This document shows, one piece after another, positions 27,726 to 41,114 of a DNA stretch of 64,000 bases. The first letter of the stretch is position 1. Each line of letters begins with the position of its first letter. The position numbers and the translations under genes were made by a program. This DNA is from Eledone cirrhosa. Its lineage: Eukaryota. A model generated the notes under the pieces. That model was not told the origin of the DNA, did no database searches, and saw only the letters and a list, made by a program, of their open reading frames with translations. The stretch spans positions 280,488,001 through 280,552,000 of the forward strand of contig OZ024742.1 in the NCBI GenBank assembly GCA_964016885.1, read 5' to 3'.

Positions 27726-29100
27726 GGTGGGTGGACCAAAGCTATACAGACCCCCCAAAACAATGATCAGGTAAGAAAAATGGTCGCACATGCAATAGGG
27801 GCTAGTATCAAAACTACCCTAAAGGGCCACATATGTAAGTTCAACGAGAAGATCTACACCCAAAATGAGGGAGCAGCCATTGGCGTCAGCTTCTGGTGAT
27901 GTTGCCAACCCTTTCATGGTATGGTGGGAAAGGAGACTTAAAGATCTCCTTAATGAGAGCTCCATAGACCTCATCATGTACTCTCGTTATGTAGACGATA
28001 TCAATATAGTTATAAGAACATCCCCACTAGAAAGCACTAACAAGTTTGATTTAGAACGTAGCACGATGGAAAGCATCCAGCAGATAGCTAATTCCATACA
28101 CCAGAGTATAACTGTAACTATCGACTTCCCTTCCAAACACCCTAACAATAGACTACCTGTATTAGACACAGAACTCTGGATTAACACTATAGACGAGAGA
28201 GCCCAAATTCTCCACTCACACTATGCTAAACCCATGGCCTCCAAATACCTGATACTCAAACACTCAGCAATGTCCAGTAGTGCTAATTTTAATATTCTGA
28301 TCGCAGATTTGGTACGAGTGATGAAGAATGTGTCCCGCATGTGCGACCCAACAGAAATGGAAAGACACATCCAACACTTCATCAACCGCATGCAGTTCTC
28401 TGGCTACAACCAAAGAGACAGAGTTAGAGTATACGAAGGAGCCATGGAGAAGTATAAGACCCTCATAGAACTGGACATGAAAGGGATTTGCCCATTATAC
28501 AGGAGCAAATCATGGAATAGCTTAGATAGGGCTAGACATAAGATAGGGAAAGCCACCTCATGGTACGACAACCAGAGATACCAGAGTGTCATGTTTGTGG
28601 ACGCTACCACCGGAGGGAAATTAGCTAACCAGTGTAGAAAGGCCCTGAGAAAGACCCACTTAAAAATGAAGGTGGTAGAAAAGCCAGGAACCACCATAAA
28701 ATCCCTGATCAGCAAAACCTACCCGTTTAAGAAAACCCACTGTACCAATAGGAAGTGTATCATATGTAAGGTAAACCCCCGGATAAACTGTAAAACTAGA
28801 AACGTAGTCTATAGCATAAGATGTACAGAGGGTACTTGCAGAAACATGACAACAACATACATAGGTGAGACAGCTCGTAGCATAGGTGAAAGGATAGACC
28901 AACACTGGGGGAACTAAAAGGACGAAAAAACGGGTTAGTACTATACGAACATGCTAGACAACAACATGACGGTAACATAGACAACATAGAAATTAGAATA
29001 ATATCTAAATATAGAAATGACCCAGCAGATAGGCAAATCAGAGAGGCCAGTGAAATAGAAATTAGAAAGCCAAGACTAAACAGAAAGAATGAATGCAATA
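27726..29100 (+). pseudogene. PLE polyprotein: RT C-terminal half plus GIY-YIG endonuclease
   Basis: RYVDD, LPVLD, YAKP, CTNRKCIIC linker, NVVYSIRC...YIGETARSIGER. Frameshifts near 27865 and 28910. Confidence 0.88.
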
Positions 29101-29374
29101 ACAACAATACCCAAACAAACAACACTGACCTAAGAGAAGTATAAATAAGTAAATAAAATAAAATAAATAAATAAATAAATACATACACAAACACAATAAC
29201 AACAAGCACATAAACACACACTAGTCACCCATCACACAGCAAACAAAACACTATACACACACGCAAACGCATGCGCAAAGAAGACAAAATAAAATAAACA
29301 AAGAAGCAAATAAATAAATAAATATATAGACAGACTGAATTAAAATGGCGTAGACATATAATACAACAGGAAGA

Positions 29375-29448
29375 AACAATAACACCACTGACGATGTTGC
29401 AGATGTGCAACGAAAGATTTATGATAAACTATATATATGTGTTTGTGT
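29375..29448 (+). ncRNA. Candidate type I hammerhead ribozyme in PLE 3' UTR
   Basis: CUGACGA U GUUGCA-GAUG-UGCAAC GAAA GAUUUAU G AUAAAC UA. Perfect 6-bp stem II, at the position expected for PLE HHRs; stem I is weak. Confidence 0.65.
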
Positions 29449-30845
29449 CTATATTGTATCTTTATTATTTTTGACCGTCGGTCAGTCAATGACAACATTG
29501 AGGACCGAGTAAGTTAGATTACCGATATAAAAGACACAGAAGCGAGAAGCGAAAACCAACCAAACAGTGAGTGTGTACTGTTATTAATTCTGGCAATATT
29601 ACACCAATATGACCCTCCCCAAGTATAACAATATTTGTTTCGACACACGATTTCATATAAAAAACCTCGCAAAACTAAAGTTATATATATTTTTTCTTTT
29701 GGGGGCGGGGGGGTGTAATGTTGTTTTAATATTGCCAGAAAAATATAGTAAACACATTCACTGTTTGGTTTGGTTTTATTAATATTTCTATAAATAATTT
29801 ATCTGGCAATCAATGTTTATCATTGATTGACCAACAGTTAAAAAAATATGAATATAGTTTCTCAGAGTTCTTTCATTTCACATATCTGACATCATCAGTT
29901 ATTATCATGCCTCTATGTTTCTTCCCGTTGTGTTCCTATAATATTTATTTTATTTCATTCATTTATAGTTCAATTTTTGAAATGTCATATATTTATTTTC
30001 ACTATTATTAAATGCTATCAAAAACCTTGCAAAAGAAATACATCGCCGTCTATATATATTTCCATGTTAATATCTTTTATTCAAAACATTCTTGTACAGT
30101 CATCTTCAAAGCAAATTGAGTGGATTTGTGTTCTTGATATTTCGACTATTTCTACACAGCAATGATTTCTACATAATCAGTTGGACCTCCGTTGATCCAG
30201 ACGATGAGTATTATAATTGTTTAGTTAACGTAAAATTAACATCTATGTGACTGAGCATTCCATAGTCAAGACGAATCTGCGGGATACATTGTATGAGAAG
30301 GCTGGCCATTTGACACACCCGTATAGCACGTTTTTTGTAGCTGCGGGATCTGGAAATATGTCTAATAAAGTCGTGTTTAAAGTCACGATACGTGGTCGGA
30401 ATAGGAATTTACGACTGCATGATCGTGAGCTGATCGCATTAACCATTTAGCCACATGACATTAAGTCATACGTTATTTAATACACTCAGGATACTGATTA
30501 TAATTTCCTTTATCAAGAAGACAGCACGTTTCAACATAATGCTACGGATGTCTGATTGTTGGAAACGCTATCACATACGAAGGTACAAAATATAATAAGT
30601 ATTTATATCAATTCATCACTTGGTTAAATTTGCAAGTGTTTCTTTCTTTTAGCTCACCGTATATATTATATTGCTGCTCATAGCCTTATATATCATTTTC
30701 AGTTTCTTTTGGACTCCCTCGTTAACCGCTTTCCGTAAACTTATGTGTTCGTTATAATTGTGATGTATGTCTTCGCGTTAATTCTCTCTCTTACACTATC
30801 AATCACTTCCTCTCTCTCTCTCTATCTTTCTGTCTTTCTCTCTCT

Positions 30846-30942
<97 letters not shown>

Positions 30943-31029
30943 CATGAATATACAAACACACACGCACACATATATACATACATACATACATATTTATATA
31001 TATATATATACATATATACAGTATTTACG

Positions 31030-32150
31030 TTTCGTGAGAGAGAAAAAAAGGGGAGAATAGGTGATACATATAGTTATTCGCCAAGTAACGTATGCCAAAG
31101 GTGCTCGATACTAGTGCCGGCAGTATTGAATATTCGAAGTGATAATATTTAGTGGGCTAGAGAGTTAGCAGAGCGTAAGCACGTGGAAAAGTAAGAAATC
31201 GGAGAATAGACAGTTAAAACATATTTATTTAAAACAGCACCTACGTACGTTTCGCCCAGTTGGGCTTCTCAAGGCCATAAATAACCAAAAGTGTTCCTTA
31301 CATTGCTCTGAAAGCGTTTCGGGGGTTACATTCACGTCAAGGTTCATTGCTCGCAAAAATAGCTTGTTTTGATTTTGCAGCAGGTCAAGGGAGGTAACTC
31401 TGGCCTGTGTTAGGGTAGTCTTTCCCGGACAAATTTTCATCCGTTACATGATGAGGTTACACCCTTACCATTGTCGATACGCACAGGGTCATGAAACCAA
31501 CGCTTATTATGAGACGTTTGTTTTTCCGCATCTGTTTGTCTGGGTCGTTTGAGGCTGGGTCTGGTATGCATGGTTAGTTTCCTGGGTGTTATTTTGCAGA
31601 GCCTGCCCGCCGGGTTGTTAAAACTAGTTGCAGGGAGATCAGGTTCACGGTTTCACTCCTCATCCTTCACCCATCTGAAGAAGGATATTTTTAAGCGATG
31701 TGTACAACTTATCACTATTTCAGCTCTGCTGTTGATGAGCTCGTGGGGTGCAGTTATGATGTGGTAGAGCTCCATGAGACAAATATCGCACTTCCTCTTG
31801 AAGTTGTACGGTGCAGCCGTGCCGTCAATATCCCAGTGCGTGGAGAAGCTGATGTTTGAGTCCTTTAGTGATGTGATGTAGTTCGCGAGCGAAGTAGAGT
31901 GTCTTAGTTTTTTTTATTTGTGAAAGAGTGGAGATGTGTTCGAAACCTAATTTTGAACGGGCCGGAGGTAGCCCCTATATAATGTTTAACGCTATTGTGG
32001 CTAGTTACAATGCATCTATATATAACCCTATCAGTAAAGCAGTATCCTCTAAGGGGGCAGCGTCCTCTGTCGCGGCAGTTGCAATTTCTGTCGCGGTTCC
32101 GTCTATTTCCCACAGTAAGGCTATCATTCTCCGATTTCTTACTTTCCACG
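31030..32150 (-). mobile_element. PLE 3' fragment (Naiad-like CxCx5C linker, GIY-YIG) between (TA)n tracts
   Basis: [20 protein letters not shown]...[14 protein letters not shown], then in another frame STSLANYI...HW...KCDICLME...LINSRAE...CTH. Confidence 0.85.
31236..31278 (-). ncRNA. Variant hammerhead-like motif (CUUGAGAA core) in PLE 3' UTR
   Basis: Minus strand reads GGCC UUGAGAA GCCC-AACU-GGGC GAAA CGUACG UA GG. Palindromic stem III; lies downstream of the GIY-YIG fragment. Confidence 0.55.
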
Positions 32151-32161
32151 TGTATATAGAC

Positions 32162-32278
<117 letters not shown>

Positions 32279-32584
32279 CAAAGATGTGCGTGTGTGTCCA
32301 CACAATCACAAACACGCACGCTCACATATATATTTGCATGTTGCATATGAACAGAATTCAATAGGGGTATACACTAGTAAAAAGAAGCAAATAATAAACA
32401 ACGGAAACAAGAGGAAAGAGAGAAAAAGATACAAACAGGAAGTAAATGGCGAAGAGGAAGAGAGTTAATGAGAATTCGGTTTGTTAAAAATAAAAATAAA
32501 CAAACATTTTATTGATTTTCACTTCAACAACGATAACTGTAAAAACGTGCATACACTCACACACGGACACATATCGCTTATCTA

Positions 32585-32642
<58 letters not shown>

Positions 32643-32663
32643 GATATATATATATATATATAA

Positions 32664-32863
32664 ATGAGATTCTACAGGATAGGTAAGTTAATCCGGGTTG
32701 AATGGGAGGTAACCACAGTAAGTAAAGTACTCAATACATAGTATAAAGTTGTAATATAGATGAGATTCTACAGGACTAGAACTGTTTAATTCTTTAGAAA
32801 CTATCAGTAATCCCTGGATTCATGATGATTTCTAAAGAATGAAACAGTTCTATTCCTGTAGAA

Positions 32864-32869
<6 letters not shown>
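32664..32869. repeat. Fold-back palindrome (32760-32869) of a degenerate hammerhead-like terminus within (TA)n
   Basis: Arms atgagattctacagga...tcag and catga...cctgtagaatctcat; arm consensus CUGAUGA UUUC UAAA GAAU GAAA CAGUUC. Confidence 0.6.
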
Positions 32870-32918
<49 letters not shown>

Positions 32919-32921
32919 TAT

Positions 32922-33044
<123 letters not shown>

Positions 33045-33699
33045 CACATATCTCTCTCTGTGTGCATGTGTGTATATAAACCTATTTATATTTCTGTCTG
33101 TCTCATCGGACTATATGAATGCGTATATGTTTGTACGCCTGTATGTATGTACGTATGTATGTATAGCTGCACGGTGTATTAGAAGCTGATCTCACAAGGT
33201 TACGGTAACCTTTTAACAAGATAATTAAGTCTCTCTGCTATTTACATCGTTGTATTTCATAATGTTTTCATAACATTTACGTTAGTTGGTGTGTGTTTCT
33301 TTTATTCTATTCCACGATGTTTCTCTGCTTATTTTCTACGGTTTCTTTGCTTTGTCTCTTTCCTCTGTTTGTATTTAATATGTTGCGGTTGATGAACTAT
33401 GTGGTGTGCACAGAATTCCGTTGAAAAGGAGGTTAGTAAGTTCTCATTGACCTCTTTCCTTGGAATCTAAATAGTTGATGTCTTTTATAGCTCGAGGGCA
33501 ATCCTGACTGAGAACACCCATAATCATAAGCGTTGCTGCTACGTTTGCAGTATTTGCTTAGCAAAAGTCATACTGATAATACATTAGATATATTTCCATG
33601 TGATAGGGTTGCAATTAATGAAGACAATATATTTTTTCTCTTGGAGAATAAGCATATATAAATGCATACCTACATACATGCATACATACATGCATACCT

Positions 33700-33903
33700 A
33701 CATACACACATATATGCATGCATAGCTGTATGTACACATGTACAGATACAAAGTATATACACATGCATACTTACAATAACATCCATGCCAGACCACACAC
33801 ATGCATACATACATGCACAGACACATGCATATCTACTTAGTTGATGTTGTCTAAATTCCAATGAATTAACCTTTAGTCTATAAAATTATAAAACCAGAAG
33901 AAC
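33700..33903 (+). mobile_element. 3'-UTR fragment of the CATA-associated R4/Dong LINE
   Basis: Ends in aaattataaaaccagaagaac like the other copies. Confidence 0.7.
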
Positions 33904-33992
33904 ATACCTACATATATACAATTATACATATTCACACACACATATATATTTATACATACATACATACATACATACATACATACATACATACA

Positions 33993-34023
<31 letters not shown>

Positions 34024-35301
34024 GACATAGACTGCCTTTACTTGAAACGTAAGCAGGGAGGCAGAGGCCTAACATCAGTCCAGACAACATTTGAATGTCG
34101 CATCATATCTCTACGTCAACATCTACGAACCTCGAAGCGTAGGAGCCCGCTTCTCGAGCAAGTCTATCAGCATGAAACAGATAAGATCATGAGAGTTGGG
34201 AAGGAAATCCTCGAGAGATATTCCCTGTGTGATAATCAAAATCTCACACCCAGGAAAGTCGCTCAGCAGTACCGCAGTGAATCCATGGATGAAAACCTGC
34301 ATGCTTATCAGCAAGAAATCCTGCATGGATATGTTGCCAGGAAGCTCCAGAGTGAGAGTAATATGGATAAGGAAAAGTAGTCTATCTTGGACCAACAACC
34401 GCTATATTGGCTTCCACTTTGAAGGATACGCTTTTGCAATCCAAGAAAAGGAGATTAAAACGAAATACCTGATTCATAAAAGAGATAGGGATGCAGGCAA
34501 AACACCTAGATGTGATAACAAGTGCAGACTCTGCAGAACTAACAACGAGGATATCACCCATGTCATCAGCAGCTGTCGAAAGATGTCATTGCGATACTAT
34601 TTACCTATGAGGCATGATGTAGTGGCCAAAACACTGTACGATGCAGTTCGTAAAAAGGATAGCCCCGATAATAAACACATTAAAATCTACAGCAATATGG
34701 AAGACATCCATGTACATAATATGAAAGAGTACTGGTGGAATGTTCCAGTCAAAACCCCAATAAAATACAGGCATAACAGACCAGATATTATGATATGGGA
34801 CAGGGAGAAGAAAGTATGCACAATAGTGGAAATTAGCTGCCCAGCAGATGCCAATATAATATCAAAGATTAGCGAAAAGGAGAATATTTATGCAGAATTG
34901 ATGAGAAATCTGCAGATACTCTACCCTGATTACACCTTCAGATTTATGCCTGAGATTATTGGGGCACTGGGGCATGTTAGTAACTGCCTCAATACAAATC
35001 TTGAGAAGCTAGGCTTCACATGAACAGGAATAAGACAACTAGTTAGGAAATTACAAGTACAATATTATGTAAAACATTCCAAAAATGTTGCATCTAATAA
35101 CTGTATATACACATGTACAGATGCAAAGCATATACACATGCACACATACAAATAAACATACACATCCCTATCTACACATACAAGCATACATAATCTACCT
35201 AGTTGATGTTTAAATTCCAGTGAGAGAGTATTGTGTCTATGTTAGAAACCGACTCTCTCTTTATTGGGAAAAAATGTGTGAAATTATAAAACCAGAAGAA
35301 C
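34024..35301 (+). mobile_element. 5'-truncated R4/Dong-type LINE, CATA-associated family
   Basis: CRLCRTNNEDITHVISSC, MRHDVVAK, HNRPDIMIWD, IVEISCP, IIGALG. (CATA)n on both sides. Confidence 0.88.
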
Positions 35302-35324
35302 ATACATACATATATACAAATATT

Positions 35325-35832
35325 CGTACAGACACTCTGCGGAAGAATGTCGTCTCTCTACTATCTCGGTATCAGACGCGATGGGATAGCTAGAACAATC
35401 TGGAGGGCACTTAGGAAAACAAGATTAAAAACAATGATAAGAAATATGTTGAGATAGATGGCACTAAAGAATACAGGGGGAACCTGAAAATAAAAACTGC
35501 CACCAAATTGAAACACAACCGGACTGATATTGTTGTTTGGGACCACACATTGAAAATGTGCTCTGTTGTAGAGATCAACTGCATGCTTGATGTCAATGTT
35601 GTCAGAAAAATACAAGAGATGAGAAGTTTTAGATCCAGTATCCGAGATATACCTTCAGCTTCATAACCACAATATTGGAGCTACAGGTTATATACCAGCC
35701 CGCTTGGACAAAGTATCACTAAACTTAGATTTGTGAACAAAGAATGCGGTTCCGTAATTCATAGACCTCAAATGGCTACGCTAGCTGGCACCTTCAAAAT
35801 TAGCAAAACATTCTTGCGATTCAAGAGATGAC
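35325..35832 (+). mobile_element. Older degenerate RLE LINE fragment (R4/Dong-like)
   Basis: Residual KLKHNRTDIVVWD...CSVVEINC and AGTFKISKTFLRF. Confidence 0.65.
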
Positions 35833-36000
35833 AATTTCTCTCTTTTACAACCTTGCCACCAGGAAAGTGGCCGGTCAAAAATGTACTCGAAATTAACAGA
35901 AAGCGAAACACATATATAAATACATACATACATACATATATACATACATACATACATACATACATACATACATACATACATACATACATACATACATACA

Positions 36001-36569
36001 GGCATAACAGACCGGATATTATGATAGGGGACAGGGAAATGAAAGCATGCACAGTAGTGCAAATTAGCTGCCCAGCAGATGCCAATATAATATCAAAGTT
36101 TAGCGAAAAGGAGAATATTTATGCAGAACTGATGAGAAATCTGCAGATACTCCACCCTGATTACACCTTCAGATTTATGCCTGTGATTATTGGGGCACTG
36201 GGGCATGTTAGTAACTGCCTCAATACAAATCTTGAGAAGCTAGGCTTCACAGGAACAGGAAGAACACAACTAGTTAGGAAATTACAAGTACAATCCATTA
36301 ATGGAACAGTAAAAGTATGTAAAACATTCCACAGATTTTGCATCTAATAACTGAATATACACATGTACAGATTCAAAGCATATACACATGCACGCATACA
36401 ACTCAAAGCATCCACATCCACACATACAATAACATACATATCTACACATGCATACATATCTACCTAGTTGATGCTGTGTAAATTCTAATGAGAGAGTCTT
36501 GTGTCTAAGTTAGAAACCGACTCTCTCTCTATTGGTAAAGAATTTGTGAAATTATAAAACCAGAAGAAC
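36001..36569 (+). mobile_element. 5'-truncated R4/Dong-type LINE, CATA-associated family
   Basis: RHNRPDIM...IIGALG...VKVCKTF plus 3' UTR. (CATA)n on both sides. Confidence 0.88.
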
Positions 36570-36820
36570 AAACATACATACATCAATTCAATGTTAACCT
36601 AATAACAAGAATAACACTTGTTATGTGCCCTGCATTTTCTGGGGTCACACTGTCTGTAACCTTTTTGTTACGTTAAAACTCTATGGCCACTTTATACTAT
36701 ATGCTATAGGTGCCGGAATCCCTTAATCCTGCACATACATACATGTATACATACATACATACATACATACATACATACATACATACATACATACATACAT
36801 ACATACATACATACATACAT

Positions 36821-37316
36821 AAATGGTGAAGTCTTCGCTTGCGAATATCAGTGGAAAGAATTGTTGTCCTGTTCCGTGCAGTGGCACACCCTGATGTAGC
36901 TGTAGAGGCTAATCCTGGAGCCTCAGTCTCTGGTACAGTTGGTGGTTGGTTGGCGGACAGCTTTCTTCTTTGATGTTTGTCTTCAGCCGTCGCCTTCTTG
37001 CGCTCTTCAAATCTGGCTGCAACTCGTTTGAACGCCGCTCACCATTTCTCTGTTTTCTGCCAGGTGCTCTCATTCCCTGTGATCAATATTGCCTTGGATC
37101 ATCTGGCGTTTGAGCTGGTCGTTGAAGTGTTTTAGGGCGAGTTTGGTTTCGATTGCAACAAACGAAAAAAATCTCAAGAGGGCCGATATCACAAAATGTG
37201 AGAGCATGCTGATGTTGAGACAACTCCGCAGCGCAGGTCATGTCTCGTGCAGGAACGACTTTTGGATGCCCGAGGCAGTTTTCTACGGCAATCAAAACCA
37301 AGAAGCCCCCTTAAAA
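36821..37316. mobile_element. RTE-clade LINE 3' pieces in inverted arrangement within (CATA)n
   Basis: Minus 36821-37155: RPKHFNDQLKR...HLAENR and the 3' end. Plus 37170-37316: LKRADIT...QLRSAGHVS...PEAVFYG. Confidence 0.65.
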
Positions 37317-37920
37317 TACATACATACTTTCATACATACGTTCATACATACATACATACATACATACATACATACATACATACATACATACATACTTACA
37401 TACATATATACACCTTATTATGCGTTGTGGAATTTAGAAAATGAGCTTTATGATCTTTGTCGAAATTCCATTTTGTCGAATACTGGGGTCCACATAATTT
37501 ACTATACCCTCCACTAAATTATGTCATTATTCTTAATATTACAAATCAGAGATTTGATACGGTTTTGTTGATATTGTCTGGCTCTACATCAGCTTTGAAC
37601 GAGTAAACATATTACCTTTCGTAGCCATCTCATCGTTTTGTTTTCCAGACAAAATCGTATCTAATTTGTTTCTAATGAATTCATTTGAGAATGATTTGCC
37701 AGTTATTTCTACCAAGTTCAACGTATGCAAGCATGCTCCGGTCAGTGGTATGTGATACGGAGATTAAGGCTTAAGTTAGAATTCACAATGAAAGAAGGGA
37801 AGAGGTGATTATTTGAAGGGTCATATGATTCTCATTAGCATATATATTGAATATCAGTGATTATGTCCGCTAATTGTTTTGCATACACGATGGGAAAATA
37901 GAGATCATAAACGGATGATG

Positions 37921-37959
<39 letters not shown>

Positions 37960-38145
37960 CTGTACGTATGTATGTATGTATGTACTTATGGTGATAATTT
38001 GGTTGTGTTGATAGTGTTAATTTTCATGCTCTTACCGACCGATATGGTGTTTGTAACGGCGATGGAGATGTTACTGTCATTGTCAGAGTGAAGCATAACT
38101 AGGGAAAGCACTGTTGAAATATACATATATCTACGTAATACTTAT

Positions 38146-38185
<40 letters not shown>

Positions 38186-38214
38186 GGATAGAAAGATAGA
38201 TATAGATATATATA

Positions 38215-38405
38215 TAATTGTTTCTACTTTTTGGCACAAGGCCATCAATTACCCAGTGCATTACTGGTATTTTATGTTATCGACCCCGTAAGGATGAAAG
38301 GCAAAGTTAACCTCGGTGGGATTTGAACTCAGAATGGCAAGGGCCGTAACTCTATGCGTCAAAGCATGGCGTCCGTCCCTCTACCGATACTGCCAATCCA
38401 CCGCC
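38215..38405 (-). mobile_element. tRNA-derived SINE with target-site duplication
   Basis: Full-length copy; agatatagatatatatataat is duplicated on both sides. Confidence 0.85.
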
Positions 38406-38624
38406 AGATATAGATATATATATATAATGAAGACTATTAATTTTATTATTCAAGTATATCTTTAAACTCCATAGTTAGACAAGTAGAGATTAGGTTTGAC
38501 CGTTATAATAAAAATAATAATTATAGCAACAATAAAAAAAATATACACCCATGGCAAGACCACGCCTGAACTTCTAAAATGGCAGAGATATCAAAAGTAA
38601 TCCCTAGAAGAAGAAACAAAATAT

Positions 38625-39170
38625 TTATTTAGAAATAAGGACAACTATAATGACTGCAGTAATAAAAACAATGGAAACAAATGAATAAAAAAGAATAGGG
38701 AAATATAGAGAAAAAGGAGAGAATGAAAGAAGAAAATGAACGGGAAGGGGAAGGGATGGCAAGAGTTTTGGTGTCCCAAAAGAGAGGGGGAATGAAGTGG
38801 GAGGGTGATTTGGCTTTGGGCCTAGGACAAGAAGGCAGAAGTGCTGTGCCCCGATGACAAGACGGCAAAAGAATTCCCGCCGACGATGGCCAGTGGCACT
38901 CACTGCAACAGCCACCTTGCGTGACTCCCTCCTCACACGGGCCACCGACGCTCCGATCTTGCGGAGGAGCTCGGCCTTATGGGTTCTAAGTACGCCTGAG
39001 GTCTCGACGGCGACTGGTGCGAAGAGGAAGCGGCCGGACAAACCCCGTTATTTGTTTATTTTACATTCCTCTGCGAGGCCTGCTGCGATGCCGGGTTTTG
39101 TGGCCGAAACGACTACATTGGAGGCGGAGAACGTGTCGCAGCAGGTGGCGTACCAGAATCTAGCTGTTTA
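38625..39170 (-). mobile_element. CRE-like RLE LINE 3' fragment
   Basis: WYATCCDTFSAS...PGIAAGLAEECK...FLFAPVAVETSG...LLRKIG resembles the CRE-clade endonuclease C-terminus. Confidence 0.7.
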
Positions 39171-40648
39171 ATATAAGATATGTCATACTCATATATACTT
39201 TCGGGTACCAACGTCGCTACCGTTTACATTATTATGAACTCAATTCCCTTTAAGCCTAGACAACTCCAATTGTCTTTCAGAAAGGATTCATTACTACAGT
39301 TATAGAAAATTTGTCAAAAATCTTTTTGCTTAGGCTTATAGTTAATCTATCAGCTACTAATGTGGACAGTTAAATTACCAAGTAGCAAGGAACATGTTGA
39401 TTCTCCTATGCGGCAGTTTGGGCTATTATTTTTTTCCATATCTTCGTATTATTGTCAGCGGCATTTTATAGGTGTAATTTCGTAAACCTTTTTGCGCCCA
39501 CACACACACAAAAACACACAAACACTCACGCACACACTCCCTCACAACACACACACACGCACACGTGCACACACACTCACACACACGTACACACACACAT
39601 ATGCATACACGCATACACAAATACACACATACATACATTCACAGATGTACATAAAAACATACATACATACAGATAGACAGACATTTGTGATTTAAAGTGC
39701 TAGTTTGTCACGTTATGTCAGATTGAATCTCTTTGCGGTTTATATTCAGGGTATATATATTTGTGAAATCCACCCCATATACTATTTAATTTTACGACCA
39801 GGCTCATCTGTTGTTCGAACGACCAAAACAAGCACTCGTGATTGGAACCGACACAGTGCCAATACACGCTCACACACACACATGCATGTATGTATGCGTG
39901 GGTTATTGTATGTGTATATAAGAGTGAGTACGTGAGTTTGAATCATTCAACGGGCATCGAAGAAATATTTAAACAAACGTGAAGAAATGATGTTTTTCAA
40001 GCGACGCCCATTTTGTTTGAGATGCTTCCTTGTTCTTCTTAACCTCAGACAGGCAACGAACCATTAATGAGCCAGTTGGATATCTCCTAAACAACGACGC
40101 TATTGTTCACAATTTGGCGTTAAAAATTAAATAACTAAATATATAAAAAAAATGTACTGATTATATTCTCGTATTGATTAATGCACAACATATATTGTTT
40201 ACAATAACGATTAGGTACTATCAAATCAACCATAACAACACAGAATATAATACCAAATATCCACAGAGAGAAAGACTAACTCGGAAGAAACCAACTCCAA
40301 TGAAAAAGAACGCTATGTATTATATGAACCGTGAACGTAAAATGCAAAGACCATCAAATAAAAAATCAATACCCGACGGGACCATCATTTATGAAGGAAA
40401 GTCGTAACGTGGTTTTATGATCATCACGGTACGTAGCACATGAGACAACAGGCGAGTTAGAAGTGTTATAGATGCGATGTTCGGTCAAAAGGTTAACATT
40501 CAACAAAGATGCACGTTTCCTGCCTGCTACTCGTAGCGTCCCTCAATATAATAATACAAAAAAAAATACAAAAAAATACAACAAAAATGCAACAAAAATA
40601 CAAAAACGCTTCCTATGATTTCTATTGCTACTATCGTTAGAGAAAATT

Positions 40649-40682
<34 letters not shown>

Positions 40683-40782
40683 GCTTGTATTGTGTGTGCG
40701 TGCCTCGCTGTGTGTTTGCTTATATACATAGGCACACTGATACACACGCACACACGCATACACACAACCCCACTTACACACT

Positions 40783-40854
<72 letters not shown>

Positions 40855-41114
40855 TATATATATGTTTTGTATGTATGTATATGTGTGTATGTATATATTT
40901 ATACATATATATATATAGATTTATATATAGCGAGAGGGAGAGAGAGAGAAAGAAAGCGGATTTCTACTCATATCATTACCCACAGCATAACATAACGTTC
41001 TCTAGGCCCATAACACATAGACAGGATGATCTGGAGAAGAAATACAAATATCGATGTAAGAAAGACAACAATTGCATTAACCTAGATTAATGATTGACAT
41101 GTATACTTCTATAA

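Larger units (their letters stand above)
27609..29627 (+). mobile_element. Penelope-like element (Neptune/Nematis-type linker), 5' truncated, bounded by about 117-bp inverted repeats
   Basis: Inverted repeats at 27609-27725 and 29511-29627 enclose the RT-GIY-YIG coding region and a 3' hammerhead motif. Confidence 0.85.
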
